64,000 nt of DNA, from NCBI RefSeq assembly GCF_964213995.1, contig NC_135807.1, forward strand, positions 90,148,001 to 90,212,000, written 5' to 3'. The notes under the pieces are model-generated. The model was not told the DNA's origin. It did not search any database and worked only from the letters and a program-made list of their open reading frames with translations. This stretch comes from Mustelus asterias. Its lineage: Eukaryota. Numbering within the stretch: the stretch's first letter is position 1; every line of letters starts with the position of its first letter. Made by a program: the position numbers and the translations under genes. Positions 25,481 to 36,656 of this stretch are shown here, one piece after another.

Positions 25481-26628
25481 GGTGGGATTCTCCCCCCAAA
25501 AAATTCCAAGTACCGAATTCACATAGAAACTGGAGTAAACAGTGGGACTTTCAAAATGAATCTCCCACACTCTGTGCAATGCAGAGTGCACTAGCATGCA
25601 TATCATTAAAAATCCAGGAGCGGGGCCTATTCCCACTGGAGAGGCCGGCAGCATAGGGCTGAGCGGGCCACTGCGCATGCGCCAATCTGTCATCACCGAG
25701 ATCGGCGCGTGCGCGGTAGCCCTGCATTGCCAGTTTCCTGATCGTTGGCCAGCTTGATCGCTGGCCAGCTCCATGACCCCTGCATGGCCAGTCATCTGAC
25801 CCTCCCCCGATCGTTGGCCTCTCATGTCCGGGCCAGCCCTGACCCCTACCCCCCCCCCCCCCCCGCCTGCCTCGATCTTCCCCCTGCCCCCCCCCAACCC
25901 AAGAGACCCGATCTCCCGATTTCCCCCCCACTCACCGCCGGCAGCAGGCCAACACCCCCCCCCCCCCCCCCCGCCCACCATGTTGGCCAGCCCCAATCAG
26001 CCTCTTCCATCTCTCTGTTCGCGATCCCGACCACAGAGTGGCATCGAGACCCTCCACTCACACCGATCTCCCTCCGAGAGGCCCTGCCCCAATAGGCCCC
26101 ACCCCCCCGGCCCTACCCCATTTGCACTGCCCGATGTGCTGTGGGCAGTGCCTAGGTGCCCCTGGGGCATTGCCACTTTACGCCTTGGGCAGTGCCGGAG
26201 GCCAGTCTGGCAATGCCCAGGGGACACATCTCCTTACCTAAGACCCTCTGGTGGGCCTCTATGGACCCCCCTTCACTCCTGCAGGGTTGGGCCGCCAGCT
26301 CCCCGTTAGTGGGGAGCTGTTGTAAACCCCGCTGGAGTGAACCACTCCTGCCGGGTTGGAGGGGGTTGGGTAGTGGAGAGGGGTGGGGGAAGCTAGCGGG
26401 CCCAGAGACTTCAGTCCTGTGCCCGCTAATGATATTAGAATTCAAATTTACACATTTTAATCAGCTCTGTGCTGATATTTGGCGTGGAGCTGCCGACTCC
26501 GGAATTCCGGCGGCCAGAGACACGGGGAGGCTGTAGCGCCCAGCGGGAAGCCTGCTACATGGCCTCCGCTTATGTCTCCCAGCCTGCTGCACTGCTCGAG
26601 CAGCACAGCGGGTTGGGAGAATCACTCC
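25481..26628. mobile_element. GC-rich non-autonomous TIR element (Harbinger-like)
   Basis: Ends GGTGGGATTCTCCC / GGGAGAATCACTCC with flanking AAG on both sides. C-run-rich interior homologous to 30889-32026. Confidence 0.65.
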
Positions 26629-27077
26629 AAGATTCTCAACGTGATGTGTTCCTGATATGTATTGTAAAGCAATGCATCTCTGTGTAGTGTCTCACATGAT
26701 CGGGAGATTCTCTCTCTCTTCCATCCTGGACTGTTGGCAAGTAACATCTATCTAATAAAGCCCCACTAAGGGTTAAACAACCCATTGTGTAACAACATTG
26801 TTCCTGGACTTCAGAATGAGGCAATTCAAAGATGATAGCTCATCAAAAGTTCTTTAGTACGAATATTATAGTGTCCATGGAATTAGCTGCTAAAGAAGCT
26901 TCCCAAATCAGAGTTGTGCCATAATATACAAGATGAATACTGAGAGAAGACAATCTCTCAACAGGCAAACATGCCATGGGTGTGCCAAGGTGGGACATTC
27001 TCTGTAGGAATGTTGGTGTCAAGAAACAAATGTCGTAACCATGGCAAGAAAGGTCGCCTAACCAAGGCATGTTGGAC

Positions 27078-27270
27078 CATAGAAATCATAGAAATCATAG
27101 AAACCCTACAGTACAGAAAGAGGCCATTCGGCCCATCGAGTCTGCACCGACCACAATCCCACCCAGGCCCTACCCCCATATCTACCCACTAATCCCTCCA
27201 ACCTACGCATCTCAGGACACTAAGGGCAATTTTTAGCATGGCTAATCAACCTAACCCGCACATCTTTGGA
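27078..27270 (-). mobile_element. HE1-type V-SINE 3' half
   Basis: Tail and part of the V-domain. Confidence 0.88.
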
Positions 27271-28448
27271 CCAGACAGAACTTTCAAATCTCAAGGATGG
27301 GTAAATGCAAGAAAGCACCCAAAACTACACAGGTCTCTAGAATAACCAAAGACAATGAAGATTCCTGGGAAGACACGGGTCATGATTTTCCGGCCGCGTT
27401 GCACCTGGAGCTAAGCTGGGAAAAGGGTGTGTGGGCCCAAAGATTGGTTTTGCCACGGCATCAATCAGCTTGCGATCTTCCTGGTCTGTTTCTGCTGGCA
27501 CAAAGCCGATCTCGCCCTGGAAGAGTTCGAGGCTGATTAGCATGAGATTGACGTGATTTCAATCTCATTAGCAAGTTTGGCATGCGATCATGCCCTCTCC
27601 TGGAATGCTCCCACCCCCTCAGCGAGAAATCACAAGGGCACCAGTCACTACTGGTCCCTCGAAGTGTGGTCCAGATGCCATGGGTTGTGGGGGCGAGCGA
27701 AGAGGTGGGTACCTCCAGGGTGCAAAAGGGCAAGTCAGCCGCTGCCATGGTCCTGGGAAGGGTGGGGGGCCTTCAAGGGTACAGGGGATTGGGAGGGGTG
27801 CAGATCTTGGTGCAGCTGGAGGACTTCAGGTTGGGGTAAACTGCTGGATTGGGGCTCGTGTGATGAGTATTCTCACAGACTGCTGAAGGACTGTCTTTGA
27901 TGCAAATTGCAAAGCCCGCTAATGTTGTATTGGCTGCACTGCTCTCCGTCTGCTTATAAGGCTCTGTGATTTATTTTTGACATTCCATCCCAGGCCCCAC
28001 CAACAGCTACAAGCATCATGTCTGGCAGCAGTTGCCTCAATCAAGAGAGCTTGTCAGATATTAACCAACTCATCACACTGCATAAACTTCCAACAATGTG
28101 CACCATAATGTCTAATTCTTGCATGCCAGGGGTCTGTATCTGGGTGGGAGGGACTCCCATGACTGAAACATGCCAGCTGGATGGCCGTGCGTCACTTAGA
28201 GAGAGAAGGTGCACAGACATTCTGAGGTTGGGGGAGAAGGTTAACATCTGATTCCCCATCGGGCTACACGTTATAGTGACTGCCCAGGTGAATTGAGTAT
28301 GATAGCATTACATATTCATCACTTGGATATCCCCAGGGTCTTTGATGACCACCCCAGGCTGCTGGGATGGCTGATGGGGGGCAAGGGTGACTCACTGAGG
28401 GCATTGGTTAATGATGCCAGTTCGGAGGCCTGAGCCTGGGGTGAAGAC

Positions 28449-28753
28449 GGGGCGGCACACTGGCACAGTGGTTAGCACTGCTGCCTCACAGCGCCAGGGA
28501 CCCAGGTTCGATTCCCGGCTTGGGTGCATGTCTGTGTGGAGTCTGCACGTTCCCCCTGTGTCTGTGTGGGTTTCCTCCGGATGCTCCGGTTTCCTCCCAT
28601 AGTCCAAAAGACGTGCCGGTTTGGTGCATTGGCCATGCGAAATTCTCCCTCAGTGTCCCCGAACAAGCACTGGAGTGTGGCGACGAGGGGATTTTCACAA
28701 TAACTTCATTGCAGTGTTAACATAAGCCTACTTGTGATAATAAATAAATAAAA
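28449..28753 (+). mobile_element. V-SINE with an HE1-like head and core but an alternative 3' tail
   Basis: GGGCGGCACACTGGCACAGTGGTTAGCAC head, V-domain, then a different tail ending (TAAA)n. Confidence 0.85.
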
Positions 28754-28842
28754 ACTAAACTAAGACCTGCTACAATGAGGTCCTCGCTGTCACCTGATCT
28801 GTCATTGAGCGCTGAATTGACATGCTCAATATGCGGTTGCAT

Positions 28843-29315
28843 TGCCTCTACCGCTCTGGCAGTGCTTTTCAGGCATTCAGCTTTGGGTAAGCGTTCTCCA
28901 AGGCGGCCTTCACAGCACACGACAGCGCAGAGTCGCTGAGCAGAAACTGATAGCCAAGTTCCGCACACATGAGGACGGCCTCAACCAGGATCTTGGGTTC
29001 ATGTCACACTATCGGTACCATCCCACAGCTTGCCTCCTGGATTTGCAGAATCTCACTGGCTGTCCTGTCTGGAGACAATACACATTTCTTTATCCCTCCA
29101 CTCACATTGTCTGTATCTTTAAGACTTGATTAGCTGTAAAGATTTGCATTCTAATCAGTATTCTGTAACTTGATTTTGTGTCTCTGTGTGCCTTGTTTGT
29201 GAGCAGATATCCACTCCATCTGACGAAGAAGCAGGGCTCCGAAAGCTAATGGCATTTGCTACCAAATAAACCTGTATTTGACTTTAACCTGGTGTTGTTA
29301 AAACTCTTACAGTGC
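28843..29315 (+). mobile_element. Penelope-like element 3' fragment with pLTR
   Basis: VSVLQGGL..TRQRRVAEQKLIAKFRTHEDGLN peptide, homologous to 21953-22100. Confidence 0.88.
29216..29252 (+). ncRNA. Minimal hammerhead ribozyme motif
   Basis: CCAU-CUGACGA-A-GAAGC AGG GCUCC-GAAA-GCUA-AUGG. Stem I is CCAU/AUGG. One mismatch in stem II. Confidence 0.65.
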
Positions 29316-30888
29316 TTTTCAGTTCAGTTCCCAGAGGGTCTCCCTCATCGTGGTGGTCTGCTCTACCCTCCACAACCCTGCATACCAGTGGGGTGACATT
29401 CTGGAGGAGGAGGACCATTCGTATTCCTCTGGTGAGGAGGTGGACCAGGAGGGAGCAGAGGAAAAGCCCTAAGAGGACCCAGAGGACGGAGAACAGGAGG
29501 TGGAAAGTGTCCAGTATGCCAGGAATAACAGAGAGGCCCTGTATGCTACCAGATACTCCGATTAAGTGGCTTGGCACTTCCACCTTCCCTCCTCTGAAGG
29601 TCACACTGACATTACACCAGGGTGATGGGCCTAGGTGGTTATGTCAGTGAATGAATTGTCAAGACAGGAGGGTAGCTCACTCATTATAACCAAAGTTTCA
29701 TGCTCCTATCTGAGACCACAACCAGATTAGCCATAATGACAACTTGTTAAGAGTCAAGCTGTGATGCTACTCTGGTGCTACCTAAGTCTGATGCCTGCCT
29801 GGCTTCTGACTGCTCACAGACCCCTGGGCTCATGTCTGAGTGAGGGTCAGAGGCACCATCGTTTGGCCCAATGCTTCATGGAGGGGAGGGGCGGGGGGGG
29901 GAGGTGGTGCGAGGCCTAGGATTCACTGAATGATGAGATTATCACTCCAGAATGTCTGTCTCCATGAGTCTCAATGGCCCTCACTGTTGGCATTGCTTTG
30001 AGGGCCAAGAGGAGTTTCTGAGTACAGATGGGAAGATAAAATCCCTGTGAGAAATGGGACCAAGACAGAGGAGTTTCACCTTGAGATGCATATTCGTTAA
30101 TGCTGAATATTTACAGTGCCAGTTACCCTATCCAGAACAATGATGTTTGCCTTTTCCCGTGCCCACTCGGTGCTCCTCAAGCTTCTTAATCTTGCGTGGC
30201 CTAGCGCGACATCCAGGTGACACCCCAGGATGCACATCAGAGGTGGAGGTGACCTGCTGTCTTCCGCATCCCATGACTTGTGATGCCCTCGGCAGGCATC
30301 CTCTGGAGGGTCAAGACCTGGAGGGCACTGCAAATTCCACAAATCCAATTACTAGTGGTCCCAGCACCGAGTTCTGGGTTCCTCACTCATAATAACTGAA
30401 GTTTTATGCTCCTATATAGACTACAACCAGATCAACCGTAATCTTATTCAATGGTGTAGCAGGTTCAAAGGGTCAAATGACCTACTGCTACTCCTAAATC
30501 CTAAATCCTATAACCTCGATAAGGGGTATTTCTTGTTCTCAACCAATTCTTTATTCATTTTCATGGTTCACACTGAATCCCTACAACTGTGAACTAACTC
30601 CTCCAAGTTAAGGCCATAAAGAATGTTATTATTACATGTTAGTCACATAAAAATAATACACCATTAAAAAGAGAGAAGGTTCAGGAAATAAGTAGTAAGA
30701 TGATGAACACAACCATGCAAAGGAAGTACAGGGGAGTGCAATTCTAATTTATCTTACAACACTTTACTAAACTTAGTCATGCTAAAGGACTCCAGGAATT
30801 ATCTAAAAGGAAGGAGGGAGATTAAGATGTGATCACACTAGCAATTCTATACACCTGCTTGCATATTTACAGACACTTCAGGAACACT

Positions 30889-32026
30889 GGCTGCAATTCT
30901 CCCAAAAGTGCTGAATTGGTGGGAGAACTGTTCTAAATCACGACTGTTCTATCAGTTCAGCTTCTCACCTGAATCTCCCACACTCTGTGCACTGCAGAGG
31001 TCCCAGTCGTAAATCTCATTAAAAATCCAGGGGGGCATGGCCTATTCACGCCGGAGTTAAACAGTTCTGGAGTTCTGCGCATGCGCAGTGGCCCCGATTT
31101 ATCAGACTCCCCTTTTGCTGGCCCGCCCGGGACCACCGCAGTGCTGCCCCTCCAGCCCCCCACCCATAGCCCAATCGCGGCCCCGACAGCAATTCCCAGG
31201 CCAGTCCTGACTGCCACCTCCGCAACCCCCTCCCCCCCCCCCCGGCCAACTGTCCAGGAGTGCCCAGATGTCCAGGCCCCACCCCCCAGCAGTGGCGATC
31301 CCCCCACCCCCTCACTCCGGCAGACCAGCCCCCCCCCCAACTGACCCCCCCCCCCCCGGCCAGGGTCAGACGCCCCCGAGAGGCAGGCCGCCCCGGCAGA
31401 CGCCCCCCCCCCCCCCCCCCCCCCAGCCCACCCCAATCGCTGCCCTCCCTCCATCCCAGACTGATCCTGTCTGCAGAGTGGCAACGGGACCCGCCCACCC
31501 CACTGATCACCTCTAGGCCCTTCCCTCAACAGTCCCCGTCCCTGTGGCACTGCCCGATGCCTTGTGGGCAGAGGCAAGTTGCCCCTGGGGCATGGGCTGG
31601 CACTGCCAGGGTGCCCATGCCCAGGGGGCACCCACCACCCCCCTGCCGCCAAACCCCCTGGGGGTGCCCGAATTGCCCCCCTTTTTATTCCGGCGGGGTC
31701 TCCCGCTAGTTCCCCGTGCGTGGGGAGCTAGTCTGAACCTCGCCAGAATGAAGTACTCCCTGTGGGGTGGGGGATCCAATCGGGACCTCAAAGGTCCCGA
31801 TAATGAACTAATATACATATTTAAAATATATTAAAACAAAGATTCAAATGACTTACCTCCCTTCCCGCCGGTTTCCAGCGTGGTCTGACCAGCGACTGTT
31901 CACTGGCCCAGGGAGATGTGCATGCGTTCCTGGCACACGTGCAAATCCCTGCTCAAGGCCGGAGACGCACATCACCTACTGCGACCCGACAAAAAATTTG
32001 CCAATCGCAATGGGAGAATCGCGGCC
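30889..32026. mobile_element. GC-rich non-autonomous TIR element (Harbinger-like)
   Basis: TIRs GGCTGCAATTCTCCCA / TGGGAGAATCGCGGCC (14/16 match), flanked by ACT on both sides. Confidence 0.72.
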
Positions 32027-32529
32027 ACTGTTTCCCCTTTTCTTGCCATCTGTACGAACAGATGGAATACTTTAAAAATTACCTAACACTTCTTTGAATT
32101 TTCAAAAGCTATAATACATCTTCAAAAAAACATAAAACAGGCAATCACGCTCTGAATGAAACTTGCAGCAAAGATTTATCAAGAAGATTTAGATAGTTCA
32201 TGAGAGAAATACATCACATTCTGACATAAACATATAAAAGTTGAATAATGCAGGTAATGTACCAGACAGGATGGTGTAAAATTTTGGAAATAAAAAAATG
32301 ATTAGATAAATTTATCAAAAGGCATCACAGTTTAAGTAAAGGGGAATGTTCCAGAAGTTTAACCAGAATGAGATGCATTTCAACCAAGTGCTTAGGTGGA
32401 CCATCCGCGTCAAAATTATTCAGCTATTTCCTTCATAGTTGCTCTCCTTTCTGGTGTCTAACACTGTACCCTCCATAAACTGCTTTTCTCAAAACTCTGC
32501 TACATATATCCTGCACAATGTCTTCTTCG

Positions 32530-32930
32530 TATTGCCTTCATTCTGCTGCCCTGTTTACTTGGCATCCCATCCACCAATGATGCAGAGTGACTGTTGACAA
32601 GATATACTCTCTAAGCTTCCCTTGACAACACCTTCCAAATCTCTACTACCTCTTAAACTTAAACATAAACCTCAAACAACAAGGACAGCAGACACTTGGG
32701 AACATTAACACCTGCAATTTCCCCTCCAACCTACATGTCATTCTGACTTGGAATTATATCTTCATTCCTTCACTGTTGCTGGATCTAAAACTTGGAACAC
32801 CCTTACTATAAGAACCTTGGGTGTAACTACACCAGATGGCCTGCAGCGGTTCAAGATACTGACTCAAAACTACCTTCTAAAGTGCAATCAAAAGTAGACA
32901 GCAAATGCTGGTTTTGCCAGTGACAGCCAA
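32530..32930 (+). mobile_element. Old non-LTR 3' fragment
   Basis: Homologous to 13505-14200 and 49990-50630. Confidence 0.6.
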
Positions 32931-33094
32931 TGGAGAATAAATCCAACATGTATTTCCTACTTTCTCCTCTTCCCTCACTACACCTCAGCTTTATGTCATT
33001 TTCCTTTCCAATTAACAAGAACAGCAAGCTTCCCACACAGTGAAGACAGAGTAAAAAATTATGAAGCTTAAGACATGCTGTCACCCCTTTCTCC

Positions 33095-33240
33095 CCACCC
33101 TCACTTAGAATATAAATCTCATTCTATTTTCTTTGTCTTCAGCTCTGACAAAGGATCATTCAGAATCAAAATGTTAACTCTATTCTATCTCCTCAGATGC
33201 TGTCAGATCGGGTGAGATTCCCAGCCTTTGCTGCTTTTGA
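33095..33240 (+). mobile_element. Degenerate single-arm copy of the second pLTR-like family
   Basis: TATAAAT then CAGCTCTGACAAAGGATCAT...CAGATGCTG, similar to the arms at 36.5 kb and 59.4 kb. Confidence 0.6.
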
Positions 33241-35190
33241 TCAAGACACATTGTCACTCGATTTCATGACCACAGCTCCTAGCTCAGATACTGACACTTA
33301 GAGGATAGGACAGAGGTGGGAACCTGCACATGGTAAGGGACCTGGCTGCAGTGCTCTACTACCAGAGTGGGGGATGAAGGGAACACAGCTGCTGGCTTGC
33401 TGCAGTGCGAGGTTGTAAACTATTCTGCTGCTGAGGAGTCAAATGATGGCTTTGATGGGCCAGGCTACAGGAGAAAGCTGTTGAATAAATATAACCAAAT
33501 GTTCAGTATGCTGGAAAAACTGTCAGAAAACCAGCATTCAATATCAAGGTGCATGGATAAGTCTCACACCAACTTGGCAAAGAACTTTCAAATGGATGAC
33601 CCCCACTAGCATCACATCAGTGGAGCCAACCATGATGAAGTACCGCATAGCTGTGTCTCAGTTTCAGGTTGGACTTTAACCTGGTGTTGTGAGACTCCTT
33701 ACTGTGCTCAGTTTCTATTACAACACAAGCAGCATCCACTCAACTATGGTAATAGAAGCTCTGACCCTTGGCAACTTATCTGTGCATGCTAATATGCAAA
33801 GGGTCTTCCTGAGCATCACAGCACTCATTCAAACTTTTCTTCAATAGTTCTGCTAGCTAAAGATCCTCTACAGAAATAGCCTCCCGCTGACAGTTTTATC
33901 TCCTCCTCTGCATTACTTTGCCTTTACGTTTCTCGCAGTTTGCCCTGTTCTGCATGACCATAGCTCATTCTCATGGTCAAGCTTAATGCCAGGAGGAACA
34001 TTTACTATTTCACTCATACTGGAAGCAACAGCCCTGCGCACATGCCTATAATCACTGTAAAAGTATTTCCATATCAGTCAGATCACTCCATTGAAGCTTT
34101 TAACAAGGATAGAAAAGCATAACAATGTATAGAATTGCAGCAACAAGCAAAAGAAATAATTAGGTCACTAAACTCATAAAAAGTTGATGATCCCCTAAAA
34201 TAGCACTGATGGTGGGTCCCCTTCATGGTGTTAGGTTAAGTGCTGAAGAACAGAGCTCCAAATTGATAACTCAGATGTCAAATCAATGTTGTACAACATG
34301 ATCTGCCTGTTCCATATAACCGTTGACAGATGTAAGACGCATGCTTACTTCATATTAGAGGTCTGTGTATGTGCTGCAGATGTCGTTTCGGATGCTGAAG
34401 AGACGTTGTAGCACCCAAAATTACCAAGTGAAATTTCACCCTCCTACTTCAGAGAATTTCTGGAATAAATGTAAATAGAACGTTTGTGAAATTTGGACCA
34501 AGTATTCCAGTAAGTCTCTCGATGTGTTTCAAAAGTCCCTTCAAAACCTTCGGCAGCAAGTGAACAATAAAATGTGATATTCCTTTCAGTCATGCTCAAA
34601 ATCTCTGCCTTCACTTAATTATCCCGAATCAGCTAGTCACTGTGAAGAGAAAGTGCTCATTCGGCCAAGCACTAGGCACCCAAATGCTATGCAGCATCCT
34701 TAATGAGCACTGGCACTTTAAGCGGTAATAGTCGCTTCACAATGTTCTAAGCAGCTTTTCCAATAAGAAGCTTCATCTCTTCTTTCAAGATGAAGTTTTG
34801 CATGAAATGTGAGCTAAGCTTGTGTTTCAACATATGACTCAGGCTTGGCCACTTTGGGAGGCTCTTGAGCATCTTAAAGGACACTGGAACTCAAGGAGGT
34901 ACTGTGTGAGCTGGCTAAAAAGGTCTGAAAGCCGGAAAACTGTGTGAACAGCTCAGAGACACTAAGGGGATATGTGTTTTACAAGAACTGGTCAAACTGT
35001 GAATCAGGATGCTATTGATTGATTGGTTTAAAAAGAATTCTGGAAAGCTACGGCATCAGCAATATTGTGACCGAGAGAGCAAGAGTTCACAAAAGCGTGC
35101 TCTGCTGAAGATATTCACACTCATGAAAACCTCAATAGGTGAGAGTGAATTTGTTTTTGATCTAACATTTACACCCGGGAGGAATGTATA

Positions 35191-35390
35191 NNNNNNNNNN
35201 NNNNNNNNNNNNNNNNNNNNNNNNNNNNNNNNNNNNNNNNNNNNNNNNNNNNNNNNNNNNNNNNNNNNNNNNNNNNNNNNNNNNNNNNNNNNNNNNNNNN
35301 NNNNNNNNNNNNNNNNNNNNNNNNNNNNNNNNNNNNNNNNNNNNNNNNNNNNNNNNNNNNNNNNNNNNNNNNNNNNNNNNNNNNNNNNNN
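35191..35390. other. Assembly gap (200 N)
   Basis: Run of N. Confidence 1.
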
Positions 35391-36402
35391 TGTAACACGT
35401 CCCATGCCTTCTTAAAAAAAAAGCTGCAGGTCAGACATCTCCCAATCAGTGGGAAGAAGGCCCACCCTCGAGCTGCTGACCAATCTGGCTGGCAGTACCA
35501 GAACTCAGCTGTGGTCACCGTGGTTACTGCTTGAAAATAACATGGTCAGTGGAGAGAGATAACCTGGGGGATTTGGATGGGGAGAGATTGGGAGCCTTGG
35601 GCAAGGAAAGAGGGGGAGATTGGGGAGGTGGGTTTTGGAGGCCGGAGGGGGTGGTGATACATAAAGCGAAAGGTAGCATCATATGGGGGTGTCCCGATGC
35701 GGACACAACATTCCTCGAATGATGGCCCCCATTTTCTTCAAAGCTAATTTTAAAAAGGCCATTTCACTTTTGTCTACCTGCCACTGCATAGCACATTTTG
35801 GCAGGTGGAGGCAGATTGGGAGGCTTAAGTGCCAATAGTTGGCCATTCAAGGCCCTCAATTGGCCTAAAAGGGTGGATGGGCTAGTGGGCACATCACTTA
35901 CCCCCCATTTAATTGAGACTATATCAGGGGTGGACAGGAAGGTAGTAGGCTAGCCACTTGACATATTTTACATGACCAAAAGTGGACCCCGTGGGGGCTG
36001 TTAAATGCAGTCTCTTTTTTCTTTTTTTAAAAAAAAACTTCATTGTGACATCTTTATTACGTTTTTATCCATGGCAATGCAAGGTTAAGTACGACCGTTG
36101 GCAACCGTGTTTGATAACTTAAAATATCAGATGGAAAGCTGTGATTACCAACCACCACAAAGACTTCGATACATGTATTTCTAGTATTTACGTTTCCCAA
36201 TGGTCTTGGTGGATATCCTTAAATTCTTTCTCACATCTTTCTCTGTCCTTTCGGTTTCTGAGTCAATGTTGACATGCTTAATAATGCAAATCGCCACAGT
36301 TTGTAGCCCAACTTGGCAGGAGGGCTGCCCCCTCATTATGATGAGGAGACACATGCAACTTAGAAGGAAAATAATGTCTCAGCACAGCCAGAAAGTTCAA
36401 AT

Positions 36403-36656
36403 AACAGATAAAAGCAAATGACTGTGGATGCTGGAATCTGAAACAAAAAGAAAAAATGCTGGAAAGTCTCAGCAGGTCTGGCAGCATCTGTAAGACGAGA
36501 AAAGAGCTGACGTTTCGAGCCCAGATGACCCTTTGTCAAAACTTGCTTTCAGCTTTGACAAAGGATCATCTGGACTCGAAACATCAGCTCTTTTCTCTCC
36601 TTCCAGATGCTGCCGGACTTGCTGAGATTTTCCATATTTTCTCTTTTTGCTTCAGG
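36403..36656. mobile_element. Palindromic mini-element, family B (hammerhead-like, PLE-type)
   Basis: ~100-bp imperfect inverted arms, ~13-nt spacer, one-sided extension. AAGTTCAAAT duplicated at 36393-36402 and 36657-36666. Confidence 0.8.

Larger units (their letters stand above)
27377..30360 (+). mobile_element. Decayed PIF/Harbinger transposon (transposase remnants on +), interrupted by a SINE and a PLE
   Basis: GWLMGGKG.SL/.WLMMPVRRP (~28364-28431, cf. HARBI1-type GWLLGDxGYPL..WLMTP) and QRVSLIVVVCSTLHN (~29331-29380). TIR-like GGGTCATGATTTTCC at 27377. The right boundary is uncertain. Confidence 0.6.

Noticed and set aside
25439-31818. Pro/Gly-rich ORFs (e.g. 30957-31652, 25439-25996)
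   Set aside because: They arise from C/G runs inside non-coding TIR elements.
35009-35534. ORFs spanning the N run
   Set aside because: Artefact of the assembly gap.
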